From positions 7,432,579 through 7,496,578 of the forward strand of contig JBNZDD010013718.1 of NCBI GenBank assembly GCA_050575255.1: 64,000 bases of DNA. The letters run 5' to 3'. Every line of letters starts with the position of its first letter. The stretch's first letter is position 1. Shown here in pieces: positions 37,511 through 49,876 of the stretch. A program made the position numbers and the translations under genes. The DNA is from Harriotta raleighana (lineage: Eukaryota). The notes beneath the pieces are model-generated. The model saw nothing but the letters and a program-made list of their open reading frames with translations. It had not been told where the DNA came from and ran no database searches.

Positions 37511-40500
37511 GCCCCATATCCCTCGATACTAGTCTTCACTGTTGCCTTTCAGTCTCCTCAACTGCACTGCTATGCCTGTCTGTCTGGCCCATCGCATCAA
37601 TCAGAGCCGAGGTACACAAACGACCCTTGACTCAATTGTCATAATCACATCGTCTGAGAAATAATCGACCAACTTGCTGATTCGAACCGACTCTCCCAGA
37701 AATGTTTTGACAGATTGAAGTGAAAAACGTGATTGATTAAATTGTGTACACACACACACACACACACACTCACACACACACACACACAAAAACGCAGTCG
37801 CCATGGTCGGGAAAGTGTAAGACGTGTTTAGCAGCGCCGGTGCTTCTGTTTATATCAATGTCAGTAAAGATCACTCTGTTTTTCTTCTTTACTGATTCAG
37901 ATTTCCGCGCCCCCCTGAAAGCGAGAAAACCTTTGCACGACTCAGACCAGCCTGTGGGGATGTCGTCCTATTTTGAGCTTGTCTGGCAGATAAATACCCT
38001 GACAGCGCATAATGTTGACAATGATATTGCGTGTCAAAGAAATGTCTAACATATATTTAGCATCACAGCAAAATCTATTTGACCTTGTCCGGGACAGATA
38101 ATAGGAACTTTTTTTTAATAAAACAAAACGTTCACACAATCCCAGTCCTTGGGCAAAGCGTTGCATAGGCTAACAAGGTAACTAACCTCTCGCTAAAGAT
38201 GCTAATTCAAAACGCAGAGGTTGAGGTCACAACGATTCTCCTTCAAAATACAGAGTCCCAAAACTTTACGTGTTTTTTTTCAAACAAAAATAATGGCTCT
38301 GACCCGTCCTCGGTGCATCAAACTCAAACATTATCTTGTTACTTTTACTGGTATTATATTTATAAAGTTGTCCGTGTTGGAACCGTCTATTTGGGACGGT
38401 GCCTGAACCGTTTTCATCAGCCGGGAATTTCCAATGAATGGAAAGAGAATCGAAAGTCGATAATTCTATCAAAAGATGGCTAGACTCTGCAGGTAATTGG
38501 AGAATGGGGCTTAAAATAACAATATCAATCCCTAAATGTGATGAGATTCAGAGAAGATCTAATTGTCCGTTTCAGACGATTGCAGTCAAATGCAGTGACT
38601 GTGTATGTGCAGGCGTGGCTTAAAAATAAACCCATTTTTAAATATAACTTGAGAACATACTGTTAACAGAACAATATTGTGGTGGGGGAGGGAGGGGGTG
38701 AGGGTGAAAACAGCAAGGCATCAAAATAACATTTCAAATATGTTATTCTTACCCCGGTAAGAATAACAAAGACAATTAAATTAGGGTGGGAAAGCACAGG
38801 CGAAAATATTATTTTTGAATGATACTGTACTACTGTTTTTCTGTTTGGATTAAACAAAGAAATAAAAATAACAGAATTCATAAGACCCTAGGAATGGGAG
38901 GGGCGATCTTCTTGCATAATAGATGCACTTTTATTCCACATATTTAGCTGTAGGTGTGGTGTAGGGATTACTCAGACTGTGTTGTTACACACGGCAAAGG
39001 CTGTTGCCTTTTCTATTGCCCACGGATTGAAGAATCATGCAGTGAATTGAAATGACTGCGATAGTTTGCAAAGATGCAGAGTGGGCAAGTGGCTTTTTTG
39101 TCACGAATCCAATTTGCTACTTGTTTAAACTTTAATAAGCCTGATCCTCGTAGTTTAAGGTACTTTTTTTTTCCCCAGGCCGTTGAAATGTAATAGCATT
39201 GAACATTCGTGGTAAAACGATCGTGTTTTGATCTTCAGGGGGAAAAAATCTATTTATCTCCAATTACAATACATAATTGCTTTGGATTGGCGCATGGGTT
39301 AGCAATTAAAATGGGGATTATAACCCATCATGGCTGTTTTTTTTAACAAACCTCAGTATTAAATGCATGAATGAATAGATTTACAGTAATTCCAGTTGTG
39401 ATAAATATATGTTCTATTTTTAAATCCTTAGTATACTGTACTCTGAATTATTGCTTACTTATTGTTTCCTAGAGTACTTCTCCAGCAAACGTTTGAAGGA
39501 TATTTATAATAAAAGTGAATCTATTATGCAACCGCATATTAACTTGAAAATATATTTTGTTCGGGCCAAGCATGATTGTTATTAGACGGAGTTTATTTTA
39601 CATCTATATTTTGCTCCTTTGCTGTGCAAAACTACATAATCAACACATTTTCTGTTTGCTAATACTGTACTGCTTATGTAAAACATGACTTAGTGGCATT
39701 ACACTGAACACATGCCTGAAAGATAATTGATGGCAGGTAACCCGTCTCAGCCCTCCCTCCCGTTATCCCATCCCCACTTCTCACACGAACCCTTTCTGTC
39801 TGTGAAATGTCCTGAAACGTGTCGCCACCTCACGGTGGGAAACAAAACTGCACCAAATACAACAGTGACTCGCCAAACTCACTCCAGTTCAATTGCATGC
39901 TCGAATCCAAAATAACACACATCCCCTAACAAAGCCTTCAGCGACTGCATAGCAATATTTTTAAACGATCTGCATGTGCGAGCAGTGTGTCCAACATATC
40001 TGTGTGTGTATGTGTGTGAACGAGCGACTTGGAATCTGTGAGACAGTGTCTGACAGAACAGGATGCACTCAGTTCACTACTAATGCAATCACTACTATTC
40101 TCTTGAGACATTATGGAGTTTATCCTCATTTATTTATTTTCAAATACAATGAAAAGGGCAATAAAACTGAGGTAGTCGCTCTTTGGCAGTGGAGGGAAAT
40201 TCGGGTATGCTTCCAAATCAGCGAGTTTCACTGTCTTCCTGTACTTAACAAAAACAACTTCCAGCCCAATATATAAAAACACTAAATCAAAAAGTGCTAA
40301 AAGTCTAAAACAATTTTTATTTTTACAGTGGAGAGATACATTTTACAGACAAATACCTCTTTCTGGAGTGTCAGAAAGTTTTCATATCAGTCAGCCCATG
40401 AAGTGCCATTAAGAGGCTCCTGAGTAATACAAAGGCATTCACACCTTGTATCCCAAAGTCAAGCAAAATGAACAAAAATGCAGATACCAGAACACCGAGT

Positions 40501-41778
40501 TTGCATCGTATTCAAGGTAACTGAGTGTCTTGCCTATAGTCTTTTACAGTATCACATTTGTTCCATATCACAATATTACCCTTCAAAATAGTAATAATTG
40601 CTGCACTTCGGGATGTTTCTGTGTGGTATGACTATCAAAATCAAGTATTTATTCAATATGAAGAAATTACAGTACAATAAATCAATCAAAGTCTTGAAAT
40701 AGGCTCACGGTCAGATTCCCGCAGCAAGGTATATTGGAATGCACTTAACTCCATGTTAAATTGTTGTCTGTCCACAAAAGGTGAAACAACAAATTGTGGT
40801 CAACAATTTTACTCTTTTACTCCCTTTATCAGGAGGGAAGATGGAATCACAGAGACAGAGAGTGAATCATCATAGAAACAAAAAGAGAATTACAATTTAT
40901 GATGTACACTTAAAATATCATTTAATACAAAAAAAAACTATTGAATAGGAACTTTCACTGAAGACAAAATAGAAAACAGTGGAGCAGCTCGGCTTTAATT
41001 GGAATTTACTGACTCAACTCACAGTCCAAATAGATGGCCAATGTAAGCCCTCCCTTACAAGGGATCAGATCTGCCAGGAGTCAGCTACAAAGCTGTAATT
41101 TAATCATAGGGTCTGAACATCGTCAGCCGCTGGAATCAAGATTAAATTACAACTGTATTTAAACTGTTATTCAGCGCTGAACAATATAACTGAGAAAGTG
41201 AGACAGCTGACCTTAGTCAGTGCCTTGGTACGACCTGCAGACATGAAAGGCGGTATAAAAATGTAATGTTGTTGTTAGTCAGGGCAGCATTAAGTCACTA
41301 TGATTGACCTCAGCGGCACTTGGTTAGGGAGAGGAGGGATTAAATTGACCAGGTCACTTTCCAGTGACTCAATACTGGAAAATACATGAAGGTGAATGTC
41401 AAGAAAGTATAGGATCTGGCTGGGTATAGGATAGGATTCCCCCTGCCCTCCAACAGTCATTGTTGAAACTCATACATGAAAAATGCTCGCTTGAGCTGGG
41501 TATCAATCGGAGGGTCCTTTCAGGAGGAAGGGAGACATTCAAAGAGGATTAATCAGATATATACTCATATATATATATATATATATATACACTGAGAGAG
41601 GGAGTGACCCAGGACCTGAAGGCTATGTAAGTCTGATATGGTTCTGCACAAATTTATTTCTTTGGCATTGGATTTCTGGTTTTATGAGTTACTTATTATT
41701 TTATTGACAACATATTAAGAATCAGGTAAAAGCTAAGGCATCCGCGGTATATACAGTACATCTCTGAAGTAAGCAGTG

Positions 41779-44700
41779 TCAGACCTGAGTATTCTGTTTC
41801 AACATCTTGATCAGCTCCTCCAGCTTCATGGCAGTTTTTAGATCCCCACGTACATGCAAACGCCCGCTCATGTAGGCTGCCAGAGGCTTCAGATTACCAT
41901 TGAATATCGCTTTCATGTCGCCCTCACTCATTTCCAGTATCACATCAGGATTTCGCTCGGGTTTTCCATGCCCAGCCCTACAACAGCCTAGAATGGAGCA
42001 AAGGGGAAGCCACAAGAATCATCACTGACAAACTTACATGACCGTCACTTTTATTACTAAGTAAAGATCCATCCCTTAATCCTCATCTATAATATTTTTG
42101 ATTAGCGGAGCGACAGACAATTGGGAAAAATCATGCTTAAGAGTACCCAAATCTAACAGCTCCATGGTTCCCACTCACACATGATGTCTTGGAATACAAG
42201 AAAATTGCTTTGTGTAGGTGTCATCCTAAATCTATTGAGGATTACATCGCCTAATTGTGTTAGTTATATGCCGTATAAATATAGTTAAGCTTTGCACATG
42301 TTCATGTGCTCTTCATTCCACAATGTCAATATCAGGGTAAAACTCACTTCTGGTGAGGTCCAGATAATATGATGTCCGACTTCCATCCTTGAGGGTGATG
42401 GTGAAGAGGAAGCAGGATCCAATTTGTTTGATTATTCCATCAGAAATGGCCTGATTCACCTTAACAAGTATTTCATCTCCGATGGAAAGTTTGGGGCTTT
42501 CCTTGGGTAATTTGGATTCTTCCACAGGGTTGTCACACACAATCTGCGCTATTTCTATAACAACAGAAATCCAAAAACTCAGGAAAAAATTATCTTGGAA
42601 TAAGCGCATCAGACTAGCAATTGTGGGAAATTGTTTCTTCCTCACTTCTTCAGTTCTTTATCTGTGGCCAAGCCCGCAGTCATAATGCTTTCTAAAAGTC
42701 TCTTTAAAATCCCTTCACCTTGCACCTTTCTCCCTGATTTCAAAGTTCTCTGGAAAGCTATCACTCAACTATATCTCTTTGTTCTTTTAGTCAAACTCCC
42801 CCTCTTTTCCCCCCTGATGAGAAGAGCATATCTAATCTAGCTTCTCTCTTACTTATCTATTCATTCCTCATATCCCTAAAACTGTCCATCAGCTTCGTTG
42901 CTCTCTTTTTCTGCTCTGCCTCTGGGATTTTCCAACAAACAGAACTGCACTCTGCAAGGCAGGAACAACTGAATGGAAAGAGTACTGTACTTTGCATCTT
43001 GAGCATGGTCTCTTGAGATTAAAATTTAGCAATTTTGCCAGTGAACCCCTGCATCCTGTTTTGTTTATTTACTGCCACCGCACAATGTTTGACTTGAAAT
43101 TAAAATACAATTACTAGATATAAATATTGAGTGTACAGTGAAGTATTCAGTCTAACCTTCGGTTGGAGAAGGCTTTATGGGGTTACTGCCTATGAAATGC
43201 ATAGTTAGCTGTTGAACAGGTGCAGGCTGCCCCTCTAGTCCAAAGGGAGACGGATTCAACAGAGGTGCTGATGACACCATTTCTCGGGCTGGTGTTAACA
43301 CTGCATTCAGAATTAATTCCACTCGATCCACTTCTATGCCCCACGATTTAGTCCTCTCATTGATTTCAAGCTGTATGTGGCAAAATAAAAACAAGTTTTA
43401 AACAAATCTAGAACTTTTCAGATAAGACATTCCTGTTTCAAAATGCAATGTCGCTGGGTGGCAAGGCAGTGCCAGGAACCATCCCTGCTCTCTCTGTTCT
43501 TTACTCAGTAAGCAATAGACAGCCTTACCATTAACTCTTCTCCAATTTTCATCTTTTCCACTTGAATTTCTTTTAAGCTTTTCTTAAGTAGAATTCCAGT
43601 CATTATGTTCTGGGCAGTGAGCTGTGAGGAACTGTTTAAATCCTGGACTGCAATCACAGACAGGACCGGATTCCAAATCCGAAACTGTACTTCTGCACCC
43701 ACTGAGACCAAAGCTTCATCTTTGGATGTGATCTGTTTCAAGTGAGGAAGTAAATTTAGCTTTGTGAACGTTAGCTCAACAGAAATCAAGGTTGGGGGTT
43801 CAGTTCTATCCAGTATGTCATTTGCTATTTACAAGTATAATGAGATTATGCCAGAAGGAGGATGCTCCAGCTGAAAATAAACAATCTACAATTTTGTTTT
43901 ATCCATTCTTCTAGGCCACTTGCTCTCTGCAATCACTGACCAAAGAAAGTAGACCTCTCATGGAGGGAGGTGAAATGCTCTCCCTGTGAATTGCTCATGC
44001 AGTTTCAGAGAGGTTTCTTGTTTAAAAAGTAATGGTCAGTGCAGGTGAATTTGAACAAGAATTTTTTAAAAACATTTTTCAATCAGAAGGGTTCTGATTA
44101 CATGATAGAATGTACGATAGCTAACAATTAAACCGTTATCAATTTTTTAATTTAGATTTTATCGTGTAATCAGATGCACCAGAAGACAAAAAGGGAAATG
44201 TGATACAGCCAGAATACTGAGAGTGCAGATAAGGTTGTGCTAAACAGGTTCTTTAACAAGGGCACAAAGAACAGATCAGGAGGACACAAATGCAATAATC
44301 ACCGGCCTCAGGTTATCTTTGAATGGTTGTTTCCCTCTCTCCTCTAATAGTTACCAACACTGAAGGCCTAAGTACCTTACAAGGTGGAACACTGAGAGCT
44401 CTCGTCCGGATATCGACTTGCTGAATCTGATCAATGCAAGGCAGCACAAAGACCATGCCGGGGCCTTTCGAGCCTTTGATTCTTCCTAAGCGGAATAAGA
44501 CAAGCCTCTTGTAGCTCGGTACGGTCTGCAAGCATAAAGACAAGTACTGTACCGTTCATTCAGGTTAGAAACATCAACAAGATATCAATTGTTCAATGAC
44601 ATGATACAAGACCAGCGTTCGTAAAACTGGATTCCCTAATGATCCACTGCCTTATAATAATAATAATAATCCTTGAATTTGATATAGCGCTTTTCACATC

Positions 44701-46625
44701 TTATCGACGTCCCAAAGCGCTTCACAGAATATACTGTAAAGTGAATTGACTGTATATTTCTGGGCACAACGCGGCAGCCAATTGCGCACAGCAGCGTCCC
44801 ACAAACAGTCATGGATTGAAATGACCAATTTTATTATTGTTGTATTTTTGGAGGGATTATTATTAGGCATGTGGAGTAAGAAAACTTGCCCAAGGTTTCG
44901 CCCTGATCTGCCGGGATTCGAACACAGGTCTCATGCTTATAAGACAAGTGCTCTAACCACTAAGCCACAGGAGCTCCTTGAGAAGAGGAGGACAATAAAG
45001 TATTTGTTATGGATTTAATCTAAAACAATCTTGGGTTGATCTCAGCCTGGGCAGGAGCTAAAGTTGCCCCAGGAAAGGAATTTTAAAATGCCAGGTTCCC
45101 TATTCCTGGCCCCTATCTAGAGATTCTGATGCAAAGTATAGATCTCAGGCAGGAAAGGGATTGGCAGACTGACTACTTTGGCTGCCCACTTCAGACAATT
45201 GTTATATGTGATGTGCTTCAGAATTTTCAACATAAGTCCTGTAGCGGGAGTAATGTAGCACACTCGCCTCGCAAGTGTGAAATCAAAGTTTGATTCCCTG
45301 TAGGGCAAAACATTGGGCAAGTTTTCTTTCTCCACAAGCCCTCAATCCCTCAAAAAGAAAACAATAATAAAACTGGTCACTTCAATCCACGACTGTATGT
45401 GGGACACAGATGTGCGCAATTAGCTGCCGCATTTCACCCATAAATATAGTCAATTCACTTTACAGCATATTTTGTGATGTCTCAATAATATGAGCATTCC
45501 ACCATCCATTCAACATTAGAAACTACACCTGTAGCATTGCATACGTACCTTTATAGCAAACCACAGTGAGATTGGAAAGGTGACGAGTATCATTAAAAAA
45601 ATAAGAGATGTCACGAAGCCGTTGCAAATCTTTGACATCCAACCCTGCCTCTGATCTAGAAATGAGGAAGAATTTGAAAGCAGTGGGAGCTAAAGATTCC
45701 ATGACACCATTTGAAATGAGAAAGGAGATTCTCCCGGTGGCATTGACCAACAATCCTCCAGATGAAACTGATCAGTGTGAGACTTCAATGTGCACAAACC
45801 AGCTGCCAGGTTGGTCTGCAAATACAGTCACCACACCTGTTGCACTGCACCCACTGATGGCTGCCCAACCAGCCTAACTTATCGGCAGAACTTGGAAGGG
45901 CAGACCAGTCATTGGCGGGTTGGAGGGGGCGGGGTGGGGGGGTGGGAGACTCGTCCTGCTCATCTCCCAGTGAACTTGCAGGTGAAAGCCCTCATGGCAA
46001 AGGGTGGTCCAAGCTGGACAAGGAACGTGAAAACTTGCCGGACAGCTCTGTTGATGGAAGCTATGCGGTTTTAGTTGGTTAAGACTCCAGCAGCTCCTCA
46101 ACGCACACCCTGGGGTCCCCAAGTTCTTGCACCTAGTCCACAGAAGCAGGAGGGAGTCCCACCCGAGGGTCGTGGGTCGGAGGGGGGGGTGGAGTGCGCA
46201 TTCCACTCCAATAAACATCCATCGTTTCCATGTGTGGGTGGGACGCAGGGAACTCTCCGTCTGTGTTGGGTTTGGAGGCTGTTAAACGAGGTGATGGGTT
46301 TCCCTATTTGTGTCAAGCCACCTGAGAGCGACCCCACTGTCCCTGCCCAGGTGTTCCTATCGCTGGGCTATTCCTCACCTGTACACCCCGCCCCCAGCGA
46401 TATAGATCCCGCCCCCACAACATACCCCACCCCCACGCCCCCCATCCCCTCCCCACCAGTGGATTAGGCCTCGCCCTCCCTCACGCGTCCCCTCCCACAC
46501 GCGTCCCCTCCCTCACCTGTCCCCGCCCCCGCCCACCCGGGCTCGGAGACTTTCATGCTGTAGTGGACGGTGTCCCCACCAGGGCCCAAGCTGCGCTCGC
46601 TTGTAGACAGCGGCTGGTAGCGCAT
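41779..46625 (-). CDS. STOML1: Stomatin-like protein 1 (SPFH/band 7 plus SCP2 sterol-binding domain), 7 exons, 399 aa
   Basis: Exons: 46625-46517 (MRYQPLSTSE...), 45655-45549 (…LVTFPISLWFAIK hairpin), 44525-44376 (YKRLVLFRLGRIKGSKGPGMV), 43732-43529 (VGAEVQFRIWNPV), 43370-43157 (WGIEVDRVEL), 42554-42348 (SYYLDLT), 41987-41779 (AYMSGRLHVRGDLKTAMKLE). Total 1200 nt, phases consistent. Exon 1 is the least certain. Confidence 0.93.
44655..44977 (-). mobile_element. tRNA-derived SINE, full length and young (STOML1 intron 2)
   Basis: Reverse complement reads ggagctcctgtggcttagtggttagagc…gttcgaatcc…(TTA)n tail; highly similar to 62691-63018. Confidence 0.9.
45233..45480 (+). mobile_element. tRNA-derived SINE, older copy
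   Basis: Degenerate head (tcctgtagc…tttgattccc) and body (ggtcacttcaatccacgactg…gtcaattcactttacagc); inverted relative to 44655-44977. Confidence 0.75.
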
Positions 46626-46850
46626 CGTCCTGGGCCTCTCCCGGCCCAGAGGTGATTAACACAGGGACAGACAAGCTCACTCAGCGCCGGCCCCTCCTGT
46701 CTGGCCGAGCCCACCTCTCCCGTCAACGGAAATGGCTTGTAACCGCCGCAGCGCCTCCTGCTGGTGGGGAGTATCGCTGGCTCCGCAGCGCCCTCTGGCT
46801 GAAGCAGAGGTATCTTCAGCACAAGACAATGGTCCTTTATAGCAATGCCT
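46626..46850 (-). promoter_or_regulatory. STOML1 CpG-island promoter and 5'UTR
   Basis: GC/CpG-rich sequence 46400-46800 with a composite CGGAAATGGC (ETS/YY1-like) motif near 46727-46736. Confidence 0.6.
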
Positions 46851-47284
46851 TTCATTGTAATATTAACAATAATCCAGGGAAAGTTTTTCCTCTTCTTGTG
46901 AAAATTCTAAGATTTCTGTAATAATAATAATCCGTGCATTTTATATAGCGATTTTCACGTCCTCTAGACATATTAAAGTACTTCACAGACTATACTGTAA
47001 AATAATTGACTATGTGTGGGCGAAACATAAAATTCTTTTAACAAACTTTTCTAGAATTTAAACAAGTTTTTTCTAGTTAAGTCATGGTGCCCACTTTGGT
47101 GTATTTTCAAACAGAAAATATCAGGTTAACGCCATTTGAAAACATTACTGTTGTCGTGAAAACACCAAAAAACATGGAGTTATGGTTAAAGTCTGGAGTG
47201 ATTCTTTTTATTACAAAATGTGCACATCAGTCATTTTACATCCTGCATCTTATTGCTGGACAACACAGCAATACAACAACAAAA

Positions 47285-47745
47285 TTACATTTGTAGAGTA
47301 CCTTTCAGGTCGGGAGGACGTCTCAGAGCGCTAAAGAGTCAGGAGTCCAGACCCGAGCTGGGGGTGCGGAAAGCAGGGTTGACCAGCCCTTAAGGAGACC
47401 TTAAAAATGAGGCGGGGGTTTAAAATTATATCCTCTGAGGGACAGGGAGCCAGTGGAGCCAGGCAAGGATCAGGGTGATCGCATCACAGAGCCTGGTGCG
47501 GGAGAGGGGACAAACTGTAGTTTTGTATGATCCACATCTTGTGGAGGGAAGAGTTGGGGAGGCCGACAAGGAGGGAGTTTCCGTAGTTTTGGCAGCTTGA
47601 GGGTTGAGGCAATGGCGGAGTCGGGCAATATTGCGGAGATGATGAAAAGCAGTGGTGGTCATGGCACGCATACGGGGAAGAAAGGGCAGTTGAGGGTAGA
47701 ATACTACTTGCGTCTTGGGGGATAAAAACTTCAGGAAAACCACTT
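47285..47745 (-). mobile_element. L2-clade LINE 3' fragment
   Basis: Degenerate translation with AFHHLRNIARLR and LAWLHWLPVPQRI, typical of the L2 ORF2 C-terminal region, followed by the shared tail. Confidence 0.8.
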
Positions 47746-49876
47746 CTAATTTCAGATAATTTCATACTATAGAAATTGGCCGTGATATAACTATTTTTTA
47801 TTTTATTTTATTTATTGTATTTATATAGCGCCTTTCACGTCAGGAGGACGTCCCAAGGCGCTGTACAGTCAAGTGGGGGGAGGGGTCGGGGGAAGAAAAG
47901 CAGGAAAATACTGACTGTATATTTGTGGGCGAATACCTAAGTGAATGGACAAATCACCTCTAACTGTTTCCTGACACGTTTACAATTCACTGGTCATTAC
48001 ACTGCATTACAGGTTGTTACGCATATTAGTCACCTGCTGGTTCATGACACTCCCTTCTTTAAATGGGCACGCAGTGGTTTCATGACTCCAGAAAGAAAGA
48101 ACAAACAAAGGAGTGGGTCAACTGCCAAAGACAGATATTAACAAACAGGTGTGGAGGGAATATAAATCAAATGAAATATATCTCAATATCAAACATATTA
48201 ATATGCAAACTACAGTGCAGAACATCAAACCAAACTAACATTTATTTATCCGTTTTTAGACTTTTTAAACAAAAACACACAAAACACCAGTTAGCCACAA
48301 CACAGTAAATTTAACCTTATTGATATTGGTATTAGTATTAAATCCATCTTTAATCCTACAGATGCTTAATAATGAAATGATTCAATAGTTGTCATTTTCT
48401 TTTGCTCGCTGAGTTTTAACTCCTCTACAAATATTTTGCTTCCCAAGATTTTCAAACATTTTACAAATCTTTAATGGAAGACATCTGATGCAAACAAAGC
48501 AGTTTTTCCTCTTCCTGTGAAAATTCTAAGCTTTCTATAATAATCCTTGCATTTGATATTACACTTTTCACATCTTCTAGACGAGCTGAAGCGCTTCAAA
48601 GAATAGACTGCAAGGTGAATTGACTATATATGTGAGCAAAACACGGCAGGCAATTGGGCACAGCAGTGTCCCACAGTCGTGGATTGAAATGACCAATTTA
48701 ATTTATCTGTATCATGTAATAGCAGCTAAGTCTCATTGATGAGCCAGACAGGTGATGAAGAGATAAGATTTTGATGCTGTCCTGTTAAGTGGACTGTGAA
48801 CAATCACCAGAGGCACATGCATCCACATTGATCATTTGGGATGGAGTATCTATAGAACAGCATCTGTTGAACTGCTTCCCATCTTGACGAGGCTGGGGAC
48901 CAGGAGCAGAGGCAGATCCAGTGGAGAGAAATTTTGCAAATAATTTTTATTTTAAAAGTGGCTGAAATATTTCTGCTGTTTTTTCAGAATTAGTTACCTC
49001 TTTCCCTCCTGATATATACTGTTCAGATCGCTTAAAACATGTCCACAGTATAGTTAAACGAGGTTTAATATTTTTAACTTCAAAGCTGAGAAACGTCTTA
49101 ATGACAATAATCTTGATTACAATAATCCTTACATTCACTAAAACCCTTTCACATCTGGAAAATCCCTCAAATCCCTTTCTAGGATATCTTGTAAAGTGCA
49201 GTGACTATGTGTTCTGTGAGTGAATTATACTCTTAGAAATTTTAATTTTATTTAAGATAAATAGGTCCACAACGTTTGCATGGTAGCCAATACAATGTTT
49301 ACGCTCTGAGGTAAGAGTTGTATTTAAAAAAATCTGTGCATCTTAAAACACTATTGGTTCAGAAATAGGCCTGGCATTCAGGTTATAGACACACCTCTGC
49401 AGCATTGGAATAGGGTTGTAGTGTTGGAAGTGCCATCCTTCAGGTAAAATGCTCATTTTGAAAACATAGTTTGTGTGAAGGGAGAAATAAATGTGTTTAA
49501 TTTGGGGTTCCATTTTTATTGCAGAAATGCTTGCTATAACATTTCGTGAAAGTTGGATTTCAACAGTCCCAACTGTTTTTGAAAATGTGTCCTTGTTAAG
49601 ATTGTGGCTGCATGTAAAACCAAATTGAAGATGCTTGGTGAAACTGAAATATACTTCTGAACATTGTAACATCCCTGCAATCACCAAACGTTGAGCAAAC
49701 TAGTTTTGAGAAATGAAAATATGAACAAATATTCAATTATAAAGTAAGAAAAAAAATGGAAAAATTCTATCTCAGTGTAAGAACTTTTCAAGTATTTATA
49801 TGCACTCTCCTGTTATATTCTATTCACTGGTCTACATTACTACAGTGTATTGCATTAAACACTACACATAAGAAAA

